The notes under the pieces: model-generated
Told to the model about the DNA's origin: nothing
Database searches by the model: none
What the model saw: the letters and a program-made list of their open reading frames with translations, nothing else
In this document: piece after piece, positions 26,145 through 35,081 of the stretch
Numbering within the stretch: position 1 is the first letter of the stretch
Layout: each line of letters starts with the position of its first letter
Assembly: GCF_965214065.1 (NCBI RefSeq)
Contig: NZ_CBDCAT010000027.1
Location: 823,968-887,967 of the forward strand
Direction: 5' to 3'
DNA from: Candidatus Poriferisocius sp.
GTDB taxonomy: Bacteria; Actinomycetota; Acidimicrobiia; Acidimicrobiales; Bin134
Length of the DNA stretch: 64,000 nt
Made by a program: the position numbers and the translations under genes

Positions 26145-26368
26145 CAGAGCTCCTTGTCAAGATTTTCTTCAACGATGGCGATGGCCTGGCCTGGGCAGCG
26201 ATCCACCACTGCTTCGGCTCGGTTACGGGGCAGTAGGCCGTCGCTGATGACCGAGGAGATGACCACGTCGTCGTCCAGTTCGAACACCTCGGGTTCGAGC
26301 ATCTCGCAAATCCCGCCGCCGATGCACAGCTCCTGGTCGACTGCCACTCGTACGGAGTTGCCGCTCAC
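26144..26368 (-). CDS. 3Fe-4S ferredoxin
   Basis: 74 aa with CIGGGIC ... CPGQAI. Its GTG start overlaps the P450 stop (GTGA). Confidence 0.8.
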   Translation of the reverse strand: MSGNSVRVAVDQELCIGGGICEMLEPEVFELDDDVVISSVISDGLLPRNRAEAVVDRCPGQAIAIVEENLDKEL

Positions 26369-27618
26369 CGGGCGCTCCGTTGCTGCATGCCTACCGATAG
26401 CACGCCGTGGACGAAGTTCGACCGGGCCCGCACCGGCTCGGAGGTCTGCTCCAGGCAGATCGACCGCTTGGCCATCTCCTCCAGCAGCACTGTCACTTCA
26501 AGGCGGGCCAAGAAGGCCCCCAGACACAAATGCGGACCGCCTCCGCCGAACGCGAAATGCTCGTTGTCGGTCCGGCCCAGATCGAAGCGGAACGGATCCT
26601 CGAACACGGCCTCGTCGCGGTTCGCCGAGGCGTACCACATCACCACCTTGTCGCCCTCGGCGATCTCGGTTCCGGCCAGCTCGGTGTCGGTGGTGGCCGT
26701 ACGCCTCATGTGCATAATCGGGGTGGCCCACCGCAGGATCTCCTCGGTAGCCGACTCGACCATCGATGGGTCGTTGAGCACCCGCTGCCACTCATGGGGA
26801 TTGGCGGCCAGCGCCATTGCCCCGTGGCTGAGGGCGGTGCGGGTGGTTTCGTTGCCGGCGAACACCAGCAGGTGGAACATGTTGCGGTATTCGCTCAGCG
26901 AGAAGCGCTCCCCCTCAGATTCGGCCTGCACCAAGTGCGAGACCAAATCGTCCTGGGGGTCGTTGCGCCGCTGTTGGTGCATGCCCTCGCCGTACTCGAA
27001 CAGAGCGTGGCTGGCCGGGCTGTTGAAGGGCAGCAGACGCAACTCGGTGGTGTTCCCGAATGCGTCGGGGGGAATGGACTGGGAGTCGCCGGTGCCCTCC
27101 ACCAGGTAATTCGACAACTCCACCAGGTAGTCGGAATCCTCCACGGGCACGCCGAGCATGGTCAAGATCACTTGGATGGGAAGCGGTGCGGCAACCATGG
27201 CAACCCAGTCGCCGCCGCCCTGGGCCGCGAACTCGTCCAGCAGCTCGCAGGTGATCTCGCGGACCACCTGCTCCCAGCGCCGGATGTTCTTGGGGGTGAA
27301 TGCGCCGGCCACCAGGCGCCGGAGCCGGGTGTGGTCGGGGGCGTCGGTGTCGATGAGCGACCGCCGGGCCTCCAGCGCATCGGCCTCCAAGTCCCACAGG
27401 TTGGTGTGGCCGATGGCCGACGAGAACAGCTCGGGGTTGCGGGACACATAACGCGCCTCGGCATGGCGGGTGACAGCCCAAAACCCACTGTCCTCATAGG
27501 GATGCCAGGCCAATCCATCGATGGCCCGAATCTGGGCGAATCGATCGTGGGGAATTCCTTGGAGGTACAGGCTGGGATCGGTGACGTTCGGCGTCTCTCC
27601 CACGGCGGTATACGCCAT
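26365..27618 (-). CDS. Cytochrome P450
   Basis: FGGGGPHLCLGAFLARLE heme loop, I-helix VFAGNETTRT, EILR. Start is ATG 27618 (1 nt after the GS-like stop, GGAG upstream) or ATG 27636. Confidence 0.9.
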   Translation of the reverse strand: MAYTAVGETPNVTDPSLYLQGIPHDRFAQIRAIDGLAWHPYEDSGFWAVTRHAEARYVSRNPELFSSAIGHTNLWDLEADALEARRSLIDTDAPDHTRLRRLVAGAFTPKNIRRWEQVVREITCELLDEFAAQGGGDWVAMVAAPLPIQVILTMLGVPVEDSDYLVELSNYLVEGTGDSQSIPPDAFGNTTELRLLPFNSPASHALFEYGEGMHQQRRNDPQDDLVSHLVQAESEGERFSLSEYRNMFHLLVFAGNETTRTALSHGAMALAANPHEWQRVLNDPSMVESATEEILRWATPIMHMRRTATTDTELAGTEIAEGDKVVMWYASANRDEAVFEDPFRFDLGRTDNEHFAFGGGGPHLCLGAFLARLEVTVLLEEMAKRSICLEQTSEPVRARSNFVHGVLSVGMQQRSAR

Positions 27619-27619
27619 C

Positions 27620-28963
27620 TCAGCAGTGCTCCGCATAACGGGCCCGCTCCCAGTCGTTCACATCGTCGGGATGAGGCGAGTGCTCTGGAGCCATGGCCAG
27701 CTCGTGGTCGGCCAACGTCAGGAAGCCATCCGAGAACACCTTCCCCAGCATCTCGGCCAGAGGGCTGTCCCGGTAGGCGGCGATGGCCCCGGCCAGATCG
27801 GCTGGCAGCGGAAGCGAGTCGCCGGGGTCGGCGTACATGTCGCCGTCGCTCATGGGCGGCAGGGGAAGTGCCCGCTCGATCCCGTCTAGGCCTGCGGCCA
27901 AGATGGCGGCGATCATCAGGTAGGGGTTGGCGTCCGCGCCCGACGAGCGGTGCTCTACCCGGTTGGCCTGCGAGCCGGGTTCGCAGATGCACCGGCACAG
28001 CACCGAGCGGTTGTCCAAGCCCCAGTGCACATGGGTGGGTACGAACGTATAGGGGCGGATGCGCTTGGGGCCGTTTATGGTGGGCGCACCCAAAAGCGTC
28101 ATGGCATCAGCGTGCTCGAGTAGACCGGCGACCCAGTGCCCCATGAGCTGGTTGGGCATGCCGTCGGAGTCGGCAAAGGAGTTGGCCCCGCCCTCAGACA
28201 GGCTGGTGTGGATATGCATGCCCGATCCCGACGGCTCGGTCCAAAGCTTGGGCATGAAGGTGGCCCGCATCCCGTGTTGGACGGCTACCTGCTTGACGAT
28301 GCTCTTGAGCAGCACGGTGTTGTCGGCACAGGTCATGGCGTCGGCGTGGCCGATGTTGATCTCCATCTGGCCCGGGCCGTACTCGGGGTTGGACGATTCC
28401 AACTCCAGGCCGGCCCCAAGCAAGCCGTGGCGCATGTCCCGCACGCAATCCTCCAGCTCCAGGGCGTCGGTGAGCGAGGAGTACTGGATGTGGTTCTGCA
28501 CCGGCGTCCAGTCGGGGGCGCAGATGTAGAACTCCAATTCGGTGGCCACCACCGGGTCCAACCCGGCTTGGCGGCACCGCTCGACCTGGTTGGCCAGCAC
28601 GTTTCGGGGTGAGGCGGGGTGGGGCTCGCCGTGGGGGTCGAAAGTGTCGGCGAACACCAACGCGTAGCCGGGGCGGTGGGAGAAGATGCGGGCGGTGGAC
28701 ATGTCGGGCACGAGGTGGCAGTCGAGGAAGCCTGAATCCATGTTGATGTAGGGGTGATCGGGCAGGTCGTTTTGCATGTCGAACGCGAAAATGGCGTCGG
28801 CGATGTTGAGTCCGCCTTCGACGGTCGTCGAGAAGAACCGCTGCACCGGTACCCGCTTGCCCCGGATATGGCCCATCGTGTCGGGCGCGGCCACTTCGAC
28901 GGTGTGGACATCCGCCTGCTCACAGGCGGTGCGGAAATCGTCGATGGTGGTGGTCTCAGCCAT
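27620..28963 (-). CDS. Glutamine-synthetase-family gamma-glutamyl ligase (PuuA/IpuC/GlnA3-4-like)
   Basis: 447 aa with a GS catalytic-domain pattern: ELEFYI, PEYGPGQMEIN, FMPKLWTEPSGSGMHIHTSL, NRVEHR. It is the first gene of a 4-gene coupled operon. Confidence 0.85.
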   Translation of the reverse strand: MAETTTIDDFRTACEQADVHTVEVAAPDTMGHIRGKRVPVQRFFSTTVEGGLNIADAIFAFDMQNDLPDHPYINMDSGFLDCHLVPDMSTARIFSHRPGYALVFADTFDPHGEPHPASPRNVLANQVERCRQAGLDPVVATELEFYICAPDWTPVQNHIQYSSLTDALELEDCVRDMRHGLLGAGLELESSNPEYGPGQMEINIGHADAMTCADNTVLLKSIVKQVAVQHGMRATFMPKLWTEPSGSGMHIHTSLSEGGANSFADSDGMPNQLMGHWVAGLLEHADAMTLLGAPTINGPKRIRPYTFVPTHVHWGLDNRSVLCRCICEPGSQANRVEHRSSGADANPYLMIAAILAAGLDGIERALPLPPMSDGDMYADPGDSLPLPADLAGAIAAYRDSPLAEMLGKVFSDGFLTLADHELAMAPEHSPHPDDVNDWERARYAEHC

Positions 28964-28986
28964 GATTCGAATACCTCGCTGATGGG

Positions 28987-29154
28987 CTAGTGGTGTGTCT
29001 TGGGTTTAGCGCCGTGGATTGCGACGGCAGCGGCGTTCCTCGCAAGGCGCACCGACGCAGCCATACCCGGAGCGTACGGCAAGGAGGGGCAACGCCGCGA
29101 GGGGCTTCGATGCCTAGCAGGACACGCGCGAATAAACCCAAGACACACCACTAG
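28987..29154. repeat. 168-bp element bounded by perfect 22-bp terminal inverted repeats (MITE-like or long structured RNA)
   Basis: CTAGTGGTGTGTCTTGGGTTTA (28987-29008) is the exact reverse complement of TAAACCCAAGACACACCACTAG (29133-29154). A 124-bp non-coding core lies between them. The right arm contains the TAG stop of the ADH gene. Confidence 0.6.
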
Positions 29155-30131
29155 TTGGCATGGGCTTGGTCGATCAGGAGCACCAGGCGGCCTTCGACGT
29201 CGCCGGCGCGCAAACGGTCGTGGGCCATCTGCGCATCGGTGAATGCCATGGTCTCCACCGGGGCGATGATGGACGGTTCCCGGCGGGCCAGGTCGAGGAG
29301 CTCGCCCAGCTGTGTTCGGGTGCCCCAGATGCTGGACATGAAGCGGGCCTCGTGGGGAACGGCTCCAACGCCAAACGGGACGCGGCCGCCGTATAGGCCG
29401 ACTGCCACCACCACACCCCGCCGGGCCACCGCACCGGCAGCCGTGGCCAGCGTGGCATCGAGTGCAACGAAATCAACCACCGCATCGAACAGCGGCAGAT
29501 CGTCGTCGGCGTCAAACGCCCCGTCGGCGCCGATGGCCACCGCGGTGGCCCGCTTGTCGGGTGCTCGGTCGAGGGCGTAAACCTCGGCGTCGGTCAACAG
29601 CTTGAGGTAGCGCAGCGCGAACTGACCTATCCCCCCGGCGCCGATCACCAGAACCCGGCGCTTCCGGCCAGGACGGCGCAGCGTCTCCAGGGTTTGCTGC
29701 ACCGCCCGATAGCCGGTGAGGCCCCCGCAGGCCAACGGCGCGCTGGCCACAGGGTTAAGATCGCCCAGCGGGTAAAGGTAGGCCCGATCGGCGATGCCCA
29801 TGCGCTCGGCGTAGCCCCCGTCGACCACCAGGCCGGCCTCGGTGGCATCGGCGCAGATCATCTCGTATCCGTCAGCGCACTCCCGGCATCGCCCGCACCC
29901 CCACGGGGCGTACACCATCACCGGCCCCAGTTCGGGGTGGTTCCCGGTGACCTCGTGGCCCAGCACGATGGGGAGCGGGCTCGGGAATTCGCCGGCCACT
30001 ACGTGCAAGTCGGAGTGGCACAGCCCGCAAGCAATGACGTCGATGACCTCGCTGCCGTTGGCATCGGGCTCGGGATAGTCATCCACCACCTTCAGGGGCG
30101 AGTTCCGGGCTTCGAGGACGACGGCGCGCAT
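29151..30131 (-). CDS. Zinc-dependent alcohol dehydrogenase (MDR family)
   Basis: CGLCHSDLH, GHEVTG, structural-zinc CGRCRECADGYEMIC, and VIGAGGIGQFA Rossmann motif. Confidence 0.9.
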   Translation of the reverse strand: MRAVVLEARNSPLKVVDDYPEPDANGSEVIDVIACGLCHSDLHVVAGEFPSPLPIVLGHEVTGNHPELGPVMVYAPWGCGRCRECADGYEMICADATEAGLVVDGGYAERMGIADRAYLYPLGDLNPVASAPLACGGLTGYRAVQQTLETLRRPGRKRRVLVIGAGGIGQFALRYLKLLTDAEVYALDRAPDKRATAVAIGADGAFDADDDLPLFDAVVDFVALDATLATAAGAVARRGVVVAVGLYGGRVPFGVGAVPHEARFMSSIWGTRTQLGELLDLARREPSIIAPVETMAFTDAQMAHDRLRAGDVEGRLVLLIDQAHAN

Positions 30132-30197
30132 AGGCGTATCAGCAGCTCTTGGGCAGGCCTAGGCAATGGCAGAGATCGTAGAAGAAGGCCAGCTCAC

Positions 30198-32090
30198 TCA
30201 TGACGCCGACGATCCGAGGTACGCGGCTTGTACCGTGGGGTCGGCTTGGATCTCTTCGGGGGTGCCCTCGGCGATGACGGTGCCGCGGTCCAAGCAGTAG
30301 ATGCGGTCGCAGATCCCGATTATGAAGTCCAGATCGTGGTCGATAACCACCACGCCGGCGCCCACCAAAGCAGCCATGGTCTGCACCTGTTCGACCATGG
30401 CCAGCGACTCGGTGTCGCTCATTCCCGATGTGGGCTCGTCGAGCAGCAAGAACAGCGGTCGGGCCGCGGCGGCTCGGGCCAACTCCAGCCGACGGGAGTT
30501 GCCGTAGTCGAGTTCCCCGGCCCGTCGGTCCCGGTGGTCCCACAATCCGGCGGCGGCCACCAGGACGTCGGTCTCGGGGTTGGAGCGATCGTTGTGCTCG
30601 GCTATGGCCACGAGGCGAGTCACCTCTACGTTCTCCCGGACGGTGAGCGACCCGAACAACCGCAGATTCTGGAACGTGCGAACCAACCCGGCCCGGGCGA
30701 TTTCGTGCGACGGGGTGCCGACGAGGTCGGTGCCGTTCAGCCGGACTCGCCCCGAGTTGGCGGGGACGAGCCCGGTGACGACGTTGAGCATTGTGGTCTT
30801 TCCCGCGCCATTGGGGCCGATGATTCCCACCACCTCCCCGCTGCCCACCTCGAAACCCGACTGGGAGAGCGCCTGGAATCCGCCGAAGGAGACGCTGACG
30901 TCGGTTACTTCAAGTCGGGCCTTATGCGTAGAGCTCATTGAGACATCTGGCACCGTCGGAGCGCTTTGCACCCGGGTGAATCGGCGGTAGAGCCACTCGT
31001 CGAACTCCCAGTCGCTGAGCAGGCCTTTGGGCCTCCAGATCATGAAGCCGAGCATGGCTGCGCCGAAGAACACCGTCTGGAGGTTCTCCCGGAAGATCCA
31101 GTCCAATGGCGCGCTGTCCAGGCCGAGGCCGAACACCTCGAAGCCGTCCTGGCCCAGTCGGCGGGCGAGTTCCCGGCCCACGGTCATGACGGCCACCCCG
31201 AACAGGGCACCGGTCACGCTGTTTCGCCCACCGACAATCAGCATGGCCAAGGTCAGCAGTGTGTAGTCGAAGAAGAAGTTCTCCGGCAGGATCGAACCGG
31301 TCTCATAGACCCGCAGGCTGGCCCCCACCGACACCACCACCACCGAGATCAACAGCGCGATCATCTGCTGAACCATGGGGTTGACCCCCATGGCCCTCGC
31401 CGCCAGATCGTCCTCCCGCCCTGCTTTGGCCAAGCGGCCTCGCCGGCTTTGGGCAAAGATGCGGGCCAGCACAAGGGCGCTGGCCAGCGCCAAGAAGATC
31501 GGCATTCGGGTACCGAGGGCGCCGCCGATTCGGAACGACAGCCCAGCGCGCTCGCCGCCGGTCAACTCCGGCCAGTTGCGGGCCACTTCGTGGGTCACAA
31601 ACAGCAGTGCCAGCGTGATGACGGTAGCGGCGACCGCCCCCGACTCGGCTCCCGAGCGGGTCAGGCCGATGCCGACGAAGACAGCGGCTACCACCGTTAC
31701 GGCGATGGCCACGCCCGCAGCCGCCCAAGAGCCCATGTCCACATCGGTAAGGCCCAGCGGCGCGTCGGGAATGCGCTTTGCCTTCTCCAAGGGGGCGATG
31801 GCGAATATGGCGAATGTGTAACCGGCAATGGCCCCGAACCCGATGTGGCCGAACGACAGCACCCCGGTGTTGCCCACATAGATCTGGATACCGAGCACGA
31901 TGATGGCATCGATGAGGGCAATGGTGACCAGACGCTCTGCCGCCCCGCCGAAGAAGCTCTGGTAGAACAGCCCGACGGCGACGAACACGCCGAACAGCAG
32001 CCCCATCCCGACAATGGGGAAGGCCACATCTCGGCGAAGATCGGGGAACATTCCCGCGTGGGCTGCGGTCGGGCCGCGCTGTTCGGCCAT
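30198..32090 (-). CDS. Fused branched-chain-amino-acid-type ABC permease (LivM-like) and ATP-binding (LivG-like) protein
   Basis: 631 aa from MAEQRGPT (ATG overlaps the livH stop, TGATG). The N-terminal ~350 aa are multi-TM. The C-terminal part has GPNGAGKTT, YGNSRRLELARA and LLLDEPTSGMS, with no stop between the two parts. The upstream part of the 945-aa track ORF overlaps livH out of frame. Confidence 0.8.
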   Translation of the reverse strand: MAEQRGPTAAHAGMFPDLRRDVAFPIVGMGLLFGVFVAVGLFYQSFFGGAAERLVTIALIDAIIVLGIQIYVGNTGVLSFGHIGFGAIAGYTFAIFAIAPLEKAKRIPDAPLGLTDVDMGSWAAAGVAIAVTVVAAVFVGIGLTRSGAESGAVAATVITLALLFVTHEVARNWPELTGGERAGLSFRIGGALGTRMPIFLALASALVLARIFAQSRRGRLAKAGREDDLAARAMGVNPMVQQMIALLISVVVVSVGASLRVYETGSILPENFFFDYTLLTLAMLIVGGRNSVTGALFGVAVMTVGRELARRLGQDGFEVFGLGLDSAPLDWIFRENLQTVFFGAAMLGFMIWRPKGLLSDWEFDEWLYRRFTRVQSAPTVPDVSMSSTHKARLEVTDVSVSFGGFQALSQSGFEVGSGEVVGIIGPNGAGKTTMLNVVTGLVPANSGRVRLNGTDLVGTPSHEIARAGLVRTFQNLRLFGSLTVRENVEVTRLVAIAEHNDRSNPETDVLVAAAGLWDHRDRRAGELDYGNSRRLELARAAAARPLFLLLDEPTSGMSDTESLAMVEQVQTMAALVGAGVVVIDHDLDFIIGICDRIYCLDRGTVIAEGTPEEIQADPTVQAAYLGSSAS

Positions 32091-32977
32091 CACACCCGCT
32101 CCGCGTGGGCTACCCGGATGAGGCCTTGGGGTCGGAAGATGAACAGCAGGGCGATCAGCAAGAACACGAAGCCCTCGGTGAGGCTGGCCACCGAATCGGG
32201 CAGTCGGGATCTCAGCAGGACTTCGGCCAGTCCGAGCACGAAGCCGCCCAGCACTGCGCCTCTGAGGCTTCCCAATCCGCCGATCAGCGCGGCCAGGACC
32301 CCCTTGAGCATCGGGGTGATACCAGCGCTCGGCACCGTGTTGCCAGCCCGCATGAGCCAGAAGACTCCGGCGATGCCGGCCAACAGACCGGAGAGGGCGA
32401 ACGCACCCCGGATCACGGTGTCCGAGCGCACCCCCATGAGCCGGGCGGTGTCGAAGTCGGCGGCCGCGGCCCGCAGGGCTAGGCCGAACATGGTGCGCTG
32501 AATGAGCCACGAAGTACCCAGCAGGGTGACCAGGGTCACCCCGATCACCACCGTGTCGAACACCTCGACGTTCAGAGACCCGATGGGGTAGGTGTTGGTA
32601 ACCCAACCGGGTCGTGAGAACGTCTTGACCGACGCGGAAACGTAGAGCAAGAAGATGGCGAACACCACGAAATGAACGCCGAACGAGGTCAACAGCAGCG
32701 TGAAGTCGGAGCTTCCTCGGACGCGGCTGAACGCCACCCGTTCGATGACCAGCGAGGTCATGATGGCGGTCCCGATTATGGCCGGGGTGACCAGGTACCA
32801 CGACCAGCCCTCGTTGATGGTCCAGAAGGCCACATAGCCCGAGACGGTGATCAGCTCGCCGTGGGCGAAGTTGAGAAGGTGCATGACGCCGAAGATCACA
32901 GCCACGCCCAGGGCCAGCAACGCGTAGATGCTGCCCCGGCCCAGGCCGTCGATGAGGTTCTGGAGCAACTCGGTCAT
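32090..32977 (-). CDS. livH: Branched-chain-amino-acid-type ABC permease (LivH-like)
   Basis: 295 aa, multi-TM, starting MTELLQNLIDGLGRGSIYALLALGVAVIFG, a typical LivH N-terminus. Confidence 0.85.
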   Translation of the reverse strand: MTELLQNLIDGLGRGSIYALLALGVAVIFGVMHLLNFAHGELITVSGYVAFWTINEGWSWYLVTPAIIGTAIMTSLVIERVAFSRVRGSSDFTLLLTSFGVHFVVFAIFLLYVSASVKTFSRPGWVTNTYPIGSLNVEVFDTVVIGVTLVTLLGTSWLIQRTMFGLALRAAAADFDTARLMGVRSDTVIRGAFALSGLLAGIAGVFWLMRAGNTVPSAGITPMLKGVLAALIGGLGSLRGAVLGGFVLGLAEVLLRSRLPDSVASLTEGFVFLLIALLFIFRPQGLIRVAHAERV

Positions 32978-33684
32978 TTGCCGCTGCCTCCCACGAAGGT
33001 GTCGAACAGGTCGGGGCGTTCTCGCAGCTCTGCACCGGTGCCTTCGGCCACCACCTCTCCCGATCTCAGCACGTAGGCCCGGTCGGCCACCTCCAGCATT
33101 CGGGTGGCATTCTGCTCGACGACCAGCAGGGTGCGCCCTTGATTGCGAAGTGTCTCGATCAACTCGAAAACCACGTCCACCAGCACGGGGGCCAGCCCGA
33201 GGGATGGCTCGTCCATCATCAGCAGTCGAGGCTTCGACATAAGGGCCCGGGCGATGGCCAGCTGCTGGGCCTCTCCGCCTGATAGGTAGCCGGCGGACAC
33301 GTTCCGCTTTTCCCGCAGCACCGGGAATCGCTCGCCCATTTCGTCCAGCAGTCTGGCCCGCTCATCGCGAGGCTGGGTGATACCGCCGATTCTCAGGTTT
33401 TCCTCAACGGCGAGGTCGCCGAAGATCCGCCGGTGCTCGGGTACCAAGGCCACCCCTAGGCGCAGGAGCTTTTCCGGCGACTGGCCGGTGATGTCGGCGC
33501 CCTCGAAAGCCACTGTTCCGGCTGCGGGGGAGAGCAGTCCGGCGATCGACCCCAACAGCGTGGTCTTGCCCGCACCGTTGGGCCCGATGAGGCCGACGAC
33601 CTCACCGGACCCTACGTGCAGTTCAGCGTCTCGAAGTGCTGAGATCGCACCGTATCGGGTAGTCAATCTCGAGACTTCGAGCAT
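32974..33684 (-). CDS. livF: Branched-chain-amino-acid-type ABC ATP-binding protein (LivF-like)
   Basis: GPNGAGKTT, LSGGEAQQLAIARA, LMMDEPSLGLAP. Confidence 0.9.
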   Translation of the reverse strand: MLEVSRLTTRYGAISALRDAELHVGSGEVVGLIGPNGAGKTTLLGSIAGLLSPAAGTVAFEGADITGQSPEKLLRLGVALVPEHRRIFGDLAVEENLRIGGITQPRDERARLLDEMGERFPVLREKRNVSAGYLSGGEAQQLAIARALMSKPRLLMMDEPSLGLAPVLVDVVFELIETLRNQGRTLLVVEQNATRMLEVADRAYVLRSGEVVAEGTGAELRERPDLFDTFVGGSGK

Positions 33685-33731
33685 CGCGCTAATCGTATGT
33701 GAGCATCAGGCCCTAGTGGTAGGGCCTGGCC

Positions 33732-34949
33732 TTAACCGATGGTGGCGACCAGGGTGTCCACGCCGTTCACGATCTGGTTGATCGGCACGGCCTTGGGTGG
33801 AATCCCGTTGGTGCCGGCGAAGGTGATCGCGCCGGACAGACCCCGGAAGCCTTGGATCTGGGCCACTGCGGCGCCGATCTCGGCCGGGTCGGTGCAGCCG
33901 CAGTCCAAGATCCCCTGGATGCCCAAGAACATCGAGTCCACGTACAGGGCCATGAAGCCCCGGCTCTCCAGCGCCTCGCCCTTGGCGGCCTCATAGTCGG
34001 CCAGCATCCGGTCGATGCGGTCACCCGGCGAGATGCTGGTATGGGGAGTGTGGGCGATGCCCTCGTTGTTGTCCTCGAACTGGATGCCGGTGGCGTCCAG
34101 AGCGTCGGTGCCCAGGTAGGTGAGGCCGTCGAGACCTTGGCCCTCGAGTTGGCCCCGCAGGGCGGTGACCTGGAAGCCGAGGGCGGCAGAGAACACCACC
34201 TCGTTGTTCTGGGAGATGCCCGCGATCTCGTTGACCTGGGCGGAGAAGTCGGTGTCACCCGCCCACACGTAGGTCTGCACGCTGACCACCTCGCCGCCAA
34301 GTTCCTCGAACTTGGCCATGAAGGCGTCGGGGTTCACACCGGTGTAGGGAATGCCATCGCCCTCGGTGAACACAATGGCCCGGTTGATGCCCTCATTGTA
34401 AGCCCACTGGGCCGCGGCCTCCGACATGCCGTAGTCGTCGAAGGTCACCAGGAACGAGTTGATCGCGGCATCGGCCAGGGTCGGCTCGGTGGAGGCGGCC
34501 ACGAACAGCGGTACCTGGCCCTCGGTGGCCTGGAGGATCGGCAGAGCGAAATCAGCGAACGGCGGGCCAATCAGGAAGTGGGCGCCCCAATCCAGGAGCT
34601 CCTGGGTGGCCAGCACGGCGTCGTCTCCGACCTCGGCCACACGGACCTCGACCGGCGAGCCGTAGATGCCGCCGGTGCAGTTGACCTTCTCGGCGATGAA
34701 AGGCACCAGCTTGGAGCCGGGGATGTCCACGAACCCGACAACGTCGCTGAAGTCCATGGCCATACCCACCCGGATGGGATCGCCGGTGGGTGCGTCGGCG
34801 CAGTCGTCCAAGTCGGCGGCCAGGATTCCGTCGATGTCCACCGCGGCACCATCAGGCGCTGAGGTTGCCCCGCCGTCATCGTCGTTGCCGCAGGCGGCGA
34901 CTACCAGGGCAAAAATCGCCAAGAGTGCCAACAAGATCTTGAGTTTCAT
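33732..34949 (-). CDS. Liv-type (type I periplasmic binding fold) substrate-binding lipoprotein
   Basis: MKLKILLALLAIFALVVAAC|GNDDDG lipoprotein signal. 405 aa. First gene of the SBP-F-H-MG operon. Confidence 0.85.
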   Translation of the reverse strand: MKLKILLALLAIFALVVAACGNDDDGGATSAPDGAAVDIDGILAADLDDCADAPTGDPIRVGMAMDFSDVVGFVDIPGSKLVPFIAEKVNCTGGIYGSPVEVRVAEVGDDAVLATQELLDWGAHFLIGPPFADFALPILQATEGQVPLFVAASTEPTLADAAINSFLVTFDDYGMSEAAAQWAYNEGINRAIVFTEGDGIPYTGVNPDAFMAKFEELGGEVVSVQTYVWAGDTDFSAQVNEIAGISQNNEVVFSAALGFQVTALRGQLEGQGLDGLTYLGTDALDATGIQFEDNNEGIAHTPHTSISPGDRIDRMLADYEAAKGEALESRGFMALYVDSMFLGIQGILDCGCTDPAEIGAAVAQIQGFRGLSGAITFAGTNGIPPKAVPINQIVNGVDTLVATIG

Positions 34950-34989
34950 GAACTCCCCCTCCTCGGTCAGGTTGCGCGAACTTTATGGC

Positions 34990-35013
34990 AAAAGTCGTTT
35001 GGGAGCAAACGAC
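34990..35013 (-). terminator. Candidate intrinsic terminator after the NicX-like gene
   Basis: The minus-strand RNA is GUCGUUUG-CUCC-CAAACGAC followed by UUUUG. It is 8 bp and rather weak. Confidence 0.45.
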
Positions 35014-35081
35014 CCTCGCATTCGGAAATGAAAGCACTCTTCGTCCTAGAAGCTTTCAATGACCGGCAAAACAGGCCTCAT

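Noticed and set aside
28956-29242. Small ORFs (61 aa minus strand, 80 aa plus strand) inside the inverted-repeat element as possible peptides or a transposase remnant.
   Set aside because: They are Arg/Pro/Gly-rich with no ribosome-binding site and no motif, and they overlap each other on opposite strands. The element is better treated as non-coding.
30198-33035. The 945-aa ORF, and likewise the 595-aa (21807-23594), 618-aa (57362-59218), 489-aa (56247-57716), 625-aa (37672-39549) and 526-aa (4871-6451) ORFs, read at face value as giant or fused proteins.
   Set aside because: Their N-terminal extensions overlap the upstream, motif-bearing gene in another frame and are Arg/Pro-rich. In each case an internal start sits exactly at the upstream gene's stop (ATGA/GTGA/TGATG) or behind a good ribosome-binding site, giving a normal-length family member.
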